A stretch of DNA of 64,000 nt, taken from contig JBKHIT010000001.1 of assembly GCA_046538485.1 (NCBI GenBank), forward strand, positions 32,001 through 96,000, given 5' to 3'. Source of the stretch: Candidatus Brocadiia bacterium. GTDB lineage: Bacteria > Planctomycetota > Brocadiia > SM23-32. Shown in pieces: positions 57,196 to 64,000 of this stretch (the first letter of the stretch is position 1; each line of letters opens with the position of its first letter). Position numbers and translations under genes: made by a program. The notes under the pieces were generated by a model. It made no database searches. It saw only the letters and a program-made list of their open reading frames with translations, and had not been told where the DNA came from.

Positions 57196-58542
57196 TCAGG
57201 CGCCACCGAGGAACTCGCCCACGAAATGAGTATCGTAGTTCCCGCTCGCATAGCCCCTGTGTTCGATAAGGTCCCGGTAAAACGGGATAGTGGTCTTGAT
57301 ACCGGTCACCGTAAACTCTTCCAGTGCCCGCCTGAGGATATTGAGAGTTTCCAGCCTGTTTCGTCCGTAGCATATCAATTTGGCGACCATGGAATCGTAG
57401 AAAGGTTGCACCTGATATCCGCTATATACGTGCGTATCGAGCCGGATACCGGGACCGCCCGGAGGCACAAATTCCGTGATACGGCCGGGTGAGGTACGGA
57501 AATCATCGGCGGGATCTTCCGCATTGATTCTGCATTCTATTGCACTGCCTTTGAATTCAAGTTTCTTTTGCTGATATGGAAGACGTTCGCCGGCCGCAAC
57601 TCTGATCTGTTCTTTGACGATATCGATTCCGCTGACGACTTCGGTAATCGGATGTTCGACCTGCAGACGCGTGTTCATTTCCATGAAATAGTAATTACCG
57701 CTACGATCGACGAGGAATTCGACAGTCCCGGCGCCGGTGTAATTCACTGCTTTGCAAAGGTTAACTGCCGATTTAGCCACACTTGATCGCGTATCGTCGG
57801 AGATTCCCGGTGAAGGAGTTTCCTCAATCAATTTCTGATAGCGCCGTTGAATTGAGCAGTCTCGCTCCCCCAGATGTATAATATTTCCGTATCCATCCCC
57901 GAGGATTTGTACTTCGATGTGCCGGGCGCGTTCCAGCACTTTTTCTACATATACAGCATCGTTACCGAAAGCCTGAGCGGCTTCAGAGCGGGCCAGCGCC
58001 AGCATATTACGGAGAGTGATTTCATTATGAGCCACTCTCATCCCGCGTCCACCACCGCCGGAAGCCGCTTTAATCATCACGGGATAGCCCACTTCCCCCG
58101 CTTTTGCAACGGCTTCATCATCGCTTTCGATCGGATCTTCGCTCCCGGGCAGAACGGGAACTTTTTTCTCCTGGGCGACCGTGCGGGCGGTCGTCTTACT
58201 CCCCATTTTGCGCATGACCTCCGAGGTCGGCCCGATAAAGACGATATTGGATTCTTCACAGATTTCCGCGAATTCTGCTTCTTCGGAGAGGAATCCGTAG
58301 CCCGGATGAATAGCATCGACATTTGTGATTTCGGCAGCGGCAATAATTCGTGGGATATTCAAGTAGCTTTCGTTCGCCGGAGGAGGCCCGATACAAACCG
58401 CATCGTCGGCGTAGTCGAGATATTTGGTGTTTGCATCGCCCTCGGAATAAATGGCAACCGTTTCGACACCGAGCTCAGCACACGCTCTTATGATACGTAG
58501 CGCGACCTCGCCTCGGTTCGCTATGAGGATCCTTGAAAACAT
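57196..58542 (-). CDS. accC: Acetyl-CoA carboxylase biotin carboxylase subunit
   Basis: ILIANRGEVALRIIRAC, IHPGYGFLSE, IKAASGGGGRGMR, ERDCSIQRR.QK, FMEMNTRLQVEHP, ECRINAEDP and YDSM.AKLI. Confidence 0.97.
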   Translation of the reverse strand: MFSRILIANRGEVALRIIRACAELGVETVAIYSEGDANTKYLDYADDAVCIGPPPANESYLNIPRIIAAAEITNVDAIHPGYGFLSEEAEFAEICEESNIVFIGPTSEVMRKMGSKTTARTVAQEKKVPVLPGSEDPIESDDEAVAKAGEVGYPVMIKAASGGGGRGMRVAHNEITLRNMLALARSEAAQAFGNDAVYVEKVLERARHIEVQILGDGYGNIIHLGERDCSIQRRYQKLIEETPSPGISDDTRSSVAKSAVNLCKAVNYTGAGTVEFLVDRSGNYYFMEMNTRLQVEHPITEVVSGIDIVKEQIRVAAGERLPYQQKKLEFKGSAIECRINAEDPADDFRTSPGRITEFVPPGGPGIRLDTHVYSGYQVQPFYDSMVAKLICYGRNRLETLNILRRALEEFTVTGIKTTIPFYRDLIEHRGYASGNYDTHFVGEFLGGA

Positions 58543-58590
58543 AGTTTAACCAAGATGGGGGTAATTGATATAAGCGAGCGCAACGGGTGT

Positions 58591-59085
58591 TTACTCTTCG
58601 GCAGGTTCGGCGAGAAACAAAACCTGGCCAAATTCGACGGGTTCAGCGTTTTGCACCAGAATTTCCACGACTTCGCCGGCTACTTCCGCTTTGACTTCGT
58701 TCATAACCTTCATTGCTTCCACAATGCAAACGACGGAATCTGGCTCGACAATTGTTCCGACGGTGACGTATGGTTCAGCTCCTTCGCTGGGAGCACGATA
58801 GAATGTACCGACCATAGGGGCGGTAATTTCGAGCAAATCCTCGTCTCGCCCTTCGCCGGACTCGGCCCCTTCGTTCGGCTCGGGAAGCTGTCTCTCAGAT
58901 TCTGAACCCGCTGGCACCGGGACGGGAACCTGTTGCCCCTCGCTGGACGAAGGGCCGGAGGCGAGCTGCACATACGTATTGGTCTTTATTCGCACCCGCA
59001 GCTCGGGTTCTTCAAGTTCTAATTCTGCAAGCTCGTTCTCACTCATCAGCTCGACCAGCTCGCGAATTTTTTCGATGACATCCAT
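58591..59085 (-). CDS. accB: Biotin carboxyl carrier protein
   Basis: [21 protein letters not shown] (biotin-Lys) and VEFGQ.LF. Confidence 0.97.
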   Translation of the reverse strand: MDVIEKIRELVELMSENELAELELEEPELRVRIKTNTYVQLASGPSSSEGQQVPVPVPAGSESERQLPEPNEGAESGEGRDEDLLEITAPMVGTFYRAPSEGAEPYVTVGTIVEPDSVVCIVEAMKVMNEVKAEVAGEVVEILVQNAEPVEFGQVLFLAEPAEE

Positions 59086-59189
59086 CTTAGTGTCCTTTAT
59101 TGATGCCCCCTGTTTTACGGACCAAAAGCCGCCGTAACAGCAGGCGTGTATTCCAACTTCAATAGCTTATCAGTACAATTCCCCGCGAA

Positions 59190-60299
59190 TCAACCCCAGG
59201 CTTTCGCCTCGAGCATCTCGCACGGCAATGCACTTATTTTAACAAAACCATCTCCCGTGATGACTACCATCTCTTCGATTCGCACCCCCATTTTCCCGGG
59301 AATATAGATTCCGGGCTCGATAGTAAAAACCATGCCCGGTAGCAAAACTGCCTCTTCCCCCGGTGCTACCCGAGGCGCTTCGTGCACCTCGAGGCCCACA
59401 CCGTGACCAATTCCATGGCCAAAAAAACGGCCGTAGCCGGCCCGTACAATTGCAGACCGAGCGGCCCGATCAACATCGGCACAGGTTACGCCAGGTTTTA
59501 GCTTGTCAAATGCGGCTTCTTGTGCCTGTAAAACAACTTCTGACAACTCTCCAATGCCTTCAGGCATTGTACTGCCCGCCACAACTCGTGTCAAGTCTGA
59601 ATTATACCCCCGTACAGTAGCGCCCCAATCCACCAAAAGAGGTTCATCCCGAAGCACCTGTTCTGTCGCCACCGCATGCGGCTGGCTCGCATGCGCACCG
59701 CAAGCGCAAATGGTCTCAAATGCTCGTCCTTCAGCCCCTCGAACGCGCATCTCCCACTCAAGGCGTGCGGCCAGCCAATTCTCTGATTTCCCGGGGCAAA
59801 TTTCCCCGGAAAAAACTCGAAATGCCTCCTCCGCAAAGCGCAATGCCTCACCAACTGCCGCTAATTCATTCTTATCTTTACGAACCCGCAGATCTTCTAC
59901 CCACCCGCTTTCACAGGGGACAAAATCGCGTAAGCTTAGTTCAGATCTTAACCTACGGTAGTCCGCATACGATACATTCCGCGAAGAAAACGCTATTTTA
60001 CCACAATCGAGTTTACGACAAAGAACCGCCACTTCCCGTGCCATACGGCTCCGTCTCACCAGGATATCATCGACCTGAGCTTCCGTTTCGGCCTGCTCAC
60101 TGTAACGAGAATCTGTGACGAGCACTGCCCGCTTTGCACCGATTAGCAGCGTGCTGTCATTACCTGTAAAACCAGACAAGTAGCGCACATTGGGGGTTGC
60201 CACCGCCCAGTAAGCATCGACCTGCTCGCGCACCATCCGTCGGCGAAGCTGCTCGATACGTTCCGCGCAGGTGCGCCGCGGAAATTCCTCAAATCCCAT
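59190..60299 (-). CDS. Xaa-Pro aminopeptidase (M24B)
   Basis: NVRYLSGFTG, TDSRY..QA, LR..KD..E, PHA, D.GA...GY.SD.TR, HGIGHGVGLEVHE.P, TIEPGIY and GVRIE; ATG at 60299 after GGAGGA. Confidence 0.93.
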   Translation of the reverse strand: MGFEEFPRRTCAERIEQLRRRMVREQVDAYWAVATPNVRYLSGFTGNDSTLLIGAKRAVLVTDSRYSEQAETEAQVDDILVRRSRMAREVAVLCRKLDCGKIAFSSRNVSYADYRRLRSELSLRDFVPCESGWVEDLRVRKDKNELAAVGEALRFAEEAFRVFSGEICPGKSENWLAARLEWEMRVRGAEGRAFETICACGAHASQPHAVATEQVLRDEPLLVDWGATVRGYNSDLTRVVAGSTMPEGIGELSEVVLQAQEAAFDKLKPGVTCADVDRAARSAIVRAGYGRFFGHGIGHGVGLEVHEAPRVAPGEEAVLLPGMVFTIEPGIYIPGKMGVRIEEMVVITGDGFVKISALPCEMLEAKAWG

Positions 60300-60624
60300 G
60301 CTCTCCTCCACAATACTTCCATCCTGTTGTCCTGTCCGGATATTATCACACCGGTCCCAGATGTCAAAGTCACCGAACACAACAGATAAACCCATTGCCA
60401 TCGGGACCACAAAACGCGTTTTCCACCGAAAAACCGGCGACACAGGCTTTTGCAGCCAACGAAACAAGTTGTTGAACCTGTAATATAATGTTTTTAGTCG
60501 CAAGTTGCCTTGTCCCGAAACACCAGAAACGGTAAAGTATTTGGGACAAACAATTCCGGTTCGTAAGGGGGGACTCTGGAAGCCGCAGCTTTCCTGAGAT
60601 ACAAAATCCGGTGGAGCAGGCGAG

Positions 60625-61596
60625 ATGTCTTCAAACAGCATTCCCACAGAATTAAGCGACCCATCTTTGAAAAGGCTAAAGAGGATTTTTGTCGGCGGTG
60701 TTCTCCTCTGCGCAGTGATTGTGCTGCACCTTCTTTTTATCAGCAAAACCATATCCAGTCTCTACGCCCGCGCGACCCTGTTACCGATGCTGTTGTGGGC
60801 TTTGGTTGTCACAACATATGCTTTCCATGCCGAGCGAGAACGGTCCCGCCTCGCCCAGGAGCTCCAAATTGCGGCGGATATCCAACTGGGGCTTCTCCCC
60901 GAAAAAGCCCTGGAAACGCAGATGTTTGAGGTCGGCGGGATGTGTCACCCGGCCGAGCGGGTTGGCGGAGATTTCTTCGATTACTGGTTACATAACAGCC
61001 GTGTCTGTATGGTTGTGGCTGACGTCACAGGCCACGATCTGGCATCGGCCCTGCTGGCTGCTTCTTTCCGAAGTGTTGTACGGGCGGAATCAGCGCATCG
61101 CACATCGGTTTCCGAGATCGCCGAAGGTATCAATCGTGTGATGTACGATGATCTCGTTAAATCTGACCTGCAGATAACATTTTGCTTCGGCCAGCTGGAT
61201 CCCGATGAAAAAACGTTCACATACTGTTCCTGCGGCCACCCTTACCCGATAAAAGTTGGTGAAGACCAGGTTTCGTGGCTTAAAACCGGTGGGTTACTGC
61301 TGGGCGTGCAACGCGAGGCAAAATATCCCGAAGAAACGGTAGAGCTTATGCCCGGCGATAAAGTGCTGATGTACACCGATGGTGTCATTGAAGCAACGAA
61401 CAGGGACGAAACAGCATTCGGAGCCGAGGGACTGAGATCCGCAGTCCGGTCGGCCGCTTCTCATTCTGCGCCCGAATTATCCCAGGAAATTGTAAGAGAG
61501 GTACGCGAATACTCTCAGCGCTCGAAACTTCGGGACGACGTGACGGTCCTCGCGGCACAAATTAAGCCTTCTGACCTTTCGCGGCAGGCAATTTAA
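60625..61596 (+). CDS. 2-TM PP2C/SpoIIE-family (RsbU-like) Ser/Thr phosphatase
   Basis: EL..AA.IQ..LLP, VGGDFFD, VADVTGH, CGHP.P, YTDGV.EA and DDVT; two N-terminal TM helices. Confidence 0.93.
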   Translation: MSSNSIPTELSDPSLKRLKRIFVGGVLLCAVIVLHLLFISKTISSLYARATLLPMLLWALVVTTYAFHAERERSRLAQELQIAADIQLGLLPEKALETQMFEVGGMCHPAERVGGDFFDYWLHNSRVCMVVADVTGHDLASALLAASFRSVVRAESAHRTSVSEIAEGINRVMYDDLVKSDLQITFCFGQLDPDEKTFTYCSCGHPYPIKVGEDQVSWLKTGGLLLGVQREAKYPEETVELMPGDKVLMYTDGVIEATNRDETAFGAEGLRSAVRSAASHSAPELSQEIVREVREYSQRSKLRDDVTVLAAQIKPSDLSRQAI

Positions 61597-64000
61597 CCTG
61601 CCTTTGCCCGCACACCTGCCTGCTCGCTCTCTCTCTTCATTTGTTCCAGCCGCCGGTCTAATTCCTCAAAATTCACCGCCAGTTTGTTGCTCACCCCATT
61701 CTCACGCATTGAAATGCCGTAGAGCGTTTCCGCTGCGCTCATCGTGCGTTTGTTGTGCGTCACGATGACAAACTGAGTATCATCCCTGTACTCGTCAAGC
61801 ATTGAGAGGAATCGGCCAACATTAGCCTCATCCAGAGGCGCATCAACTTCATCCAACAGGCAGAACGGACTCGGCTTGGACTCGAAAATGGCGAACAGCA
61901 GAGCTACGGCTGAAAGCGCTTTCTCGCCGCCACTTAGAAGTGAAATCGACCGATTCTCTTTTCCGGGTGGCCGCACCTTTATTTCGATGCCCGCCTCCAA
62001 TATGTCCTCTTCTTCCTCTTCCCCGTAATCGAGAATCAGGTCGCCGTTGCCTCCGCCGAAAAGCTTTCTGATCAGAACCTGGAAATTCTGGCGGACCGCT
62101 TCAAATGTCTCCCGGAAACTTTCTCGGCTCTTTGTGCTTAATTCGCGTATTATCTCGAGCTCGTGACGTCTTGCCTTTTCCAAATCCTCTTTTTGTTGTT
62201 TCAGGAATTCTGCGCGTGTCTCAAGTTCATCCTGCTCGCGGATAGCATCGAGATTTGCGCCGCCCATTCTCTCAACTTTTTTGCGCAGTTCGTCGGTGCG
62301 TTCGGCCACTTCGTCCCAGTTTGTCTCATCACTGTCAGCCATTGCCAGGGCTTCATCTCGAAGCTCAACAGCTTCTTCGAGCGGAACAACACGGGGGCCT
62401 TGATCTTCCTGCTTTTCTTCCTCAGAATTCTCCTGCTTGGCCTGGGCATACCACTGCGCCACCTTCTCGCCCGGAGCTTCCGGTTCAGCTTCGTAAAATT
62501 CTTCGATTTCGGCTTCCGTAAACAGCGGAGTCTCACGCCACTGTTCCGGTTCCAGCTCCACAGCTTCAAGATGGATCCCACATTCCTCAGCTGTTCTTTC
62601 TGCAAGACTATCCAGGCGCAGATTGACCTCGCTTTCCTTGAGTTGCAGTTCCTGGACCGCTTGATCCGCTTTATTTTGTTTTCTGCGGACCTCTTCAACA
62701 CGTTCTTTCAAGTCCGAGATCTCGCGCGCGGTTTCTTCGGCTTTCCGCGACTTTTGCTCAAGGACTGCCTCGAGTTCTTCCTTCTGATGTTCCAGTTCCG
62801 CCCGTGTCTTTTTCGCTTCTTGTATCTTCTCTTCGGCCTGATGTTGTTGCTGAAGGCTGCTATCCTGCTGTCGGCCGATACGCTCTCTTTCGTTTTGCCG
62901 TTGTGACAATTCTCCCTGGAGCCTACGGGCCATTGCGCGCCGACTGTTCAGTTGCTCTTCGATCCGACCGATCTCACTGCGCACCGCGTTCAATTGTTCG
63001 GTTACCGACTGCCGCTCTTCGCGTTGTTCGCGAGCATTGACTTGAAGTTTCTCCAGCTCTTCTTGCTTTCTCTCGGATTTGCGCTGCAGCTGGGAACGTT
63101 CTTCGCGTGCCGTCCGCGCACGTTTCTTGCTACCGGCAATCTGTTCGCACAACGATTCGGCTTCGCTCCTGATCAGCCCGAGCTCCTCATTTCGCTGTTC
63201 GCTTTTACTTGTAAGAATCGAGTGCTTATTGCGCAGTTCGCTTTCTGTCCCGCTTACTTTTTCTTTTCGGGCAACCAGATTGCTTCTGCGTTTTTGGAAC
63301 TGTTGGATGCGTTGCGATCGCCTCTCCCCTTCCTCAGAAAGGTCATCGAGACGCCGATTGAGTTCAGCAATTTCCTCATCCAATTCGGCCAGTTCACTGC
63401 GTCGGCTGATCAGACTTCCGGTTTCGGGCTCCCCGGCCGACCATACGCCTGAAGGTTCGAAACAATCTCCCGACCTGGTCACCAATTTGACCCCTTCGGG
63501 CAGTCCATTTTCGACCAGCTGAAGGGCCGTCTCCGTATCGTCAACCACAAAGCTATTCCCGAGCAATTTCTCGACCGCGGGTGCGATACGGGAAGGAAAC
63601 TGGAGAAGATCAATCAATGCTTCCGCTCCATCAAGCGAGCATCTCGGTTCCTCGCGCTTATCAATACTTTCCAGGGCCAGGACTTCCGCCCGGCCTTTTT
63701 GGCCCTCCCGAAGAGTGCGCAATCCCAGCCGGGCTTGATCGCGCGAGTCGAGTATGATGGCCTCCACCCGTGATCCGAGAGCAGCTTCTACGGCAAGCGC
63801 ATCCTTTGTGGACACCTCCAGCAGATTAGCGAGCATACCGGGAGCGCCGTAAAACTCTGAATCTTCGTTCTCGATCTCTTCCAGAAGGACCTGAACTCCG
63901 CTTCCTATACCCTCGGCACGGGCTTGGAGATCTTCAAGCACCTGTCTGCGGCTCAGTTTTCCCCGGATGTCCGCTTTTAATTCGGTGATCCGGTCCGTCA
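61593..64000 (-). CDS. smc: Chromosome segregation protein SMC (3' part; continues beyond the window)
   Basis: Hinge (A.EAALG, GRAE.L, LLG...VV), long coiled coil, LLSGGEKAL signature and PFCLLDEVDAPLDEAN Walker B/D-loop; frame open to the window end. Confidence 0.97.
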   Translation of the reverse strand, partial: TDRITELKADIRGKLSRRQVLEDLQARAEGIGSGVQVLLEEIENEDSEFYGAPGMLANLLEVSTKDALAVEAALGSRVEAIILDSRDQARLGLRTLREGQKGRAEVLALESIDKREEPRCSLDGAEALIDLLQFPSRIAPAVEKLLGNSFVVDDTETALQLVENGLPEGVKLVTRSGDCFEPSGVWSAGEPETGSLISRRSELAELDEEIAELNRRLDDLSEEGERRSQRIQQFQKRRSNLVARKEKVSGTESELRNKHSILTSKSEQRNEELGLIRSEAESLCEQIAGSKKRARTAREERSQLQRKSERKQEELEKLQVNAREQREERQSVTEQLNAVRSEIGRIEEQLNSRRAMARRLQGELSQRQNERERIGRQQDSSLQQQHQAEEKIQEAKKTRAELEHQKEELEAVLEQKSRKAEETAREISDLKERVEEVRRKQNKADQAVQELQLKESEVNLRLDSLAERTAEECGIHLEAVELEPEQWRETPLFTEAEIEEFYEAEPEAPGEKVAQWYAQAKQENSEEEKQEDQGPRVVPLEEAVELRDEALAMADSDETNWDEVAERTDELRKKVERMGGANLDAIREQDELETRAEFLKQQKEDLEKARRHELEIIRELSTKSRESFRETFEAVRQNFQVLIRKLFGGGNGDLILDYGEEEEEDILEAGIEIKVRPPGKENRSISLLSGGEKALSAVALLFAIFESKPSPFCLLDEVDAPLDEANVGRFLSMLDEYRDDTQFVIVTHNKRTMSAAETLYGISMRENGVSNKLAVNFEELDRRLEQMKRESEQAGVRAKAG

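Noticed and set aside
56948..57373. 141-aa ORF between accC and the dehydratase gene
   Set aside because: It overlaps accC out of frame and has no motifs; probably intergenic.
60300..60752. 150-aa N-terminal extension of the aminopeptidase ORF
   Set aside because: It overlaps the divergent phosphatase gene; a strong RBS and M24 homology start at 60299.
1..64000. tRNA, rRNA or riboswitch genes (including a c-di-AMP riboswitch upstream of the channel)
   Set aside because: No recognisable cloverleaf, rRNA or riboswitch consensus in the intergenic regions by eye; an Infernal/Rfam scan would be needed to exclude them.

Overview
Bacterial chromosome segment of moderate GC. The gene content (many HEAT-repeat proteins, a sulfatase, unassigned glycoside hydrolases, pepP-accB-accC, smc) suggests a PVC/Planctomycetota-like organism; this is an inference. 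From left to right: (1) 1-9.4 kb, a signalling island with kaiB, two paralogous hybrid histidine kinases (one split by a 1-nt frameshift, one with an apparent in-frame deletion), a degenerate membrane GGDEF protein, a REC-HD-GYP phosphodiesterase, an HTH_17-REC regulator and an IS3-type remnant. (2) Carbohydrate genes, a YidJ-like sulfatase and trxA. (3) A long minus-strand run: serA, pfkB, long and short nfeD, a stand-alone RCK subunit plus a 2-TM channel with a non-canonical filter, floA, a 1007-aa HEAT protein, a YqfB-like/GYF protein, an alpha/beta hydrolase, MEMO1 and an EEP protein. (4) An exported HEAT-GNAT-MEMO1-Tat/DUF362 cluster and two large secreted GH-like proteins. (5) 41.4-46.6 kb, an accessory island with a 280-bp internally deleted RAYT mini-element, a WD40 pseudogene cut by a four-helix-bundle cassette bounded by 9-mer palindromic arrays, and three repeat-domain lipoproteins. 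(6) Housekeeping genes ending in the 3' part of smc. No rRNA, tRNA or CRISPR array was seen. The best leads are the repeat-bounded four-helix-bundle cassette, a 2-TM module shared by the GGDEF and PP2C proteins 57 kb apart, the split-RCK channel inside the nfeD-floA locus, and the mini-RAYT. All family calls come from motifs recognised by eye; no database search was run.
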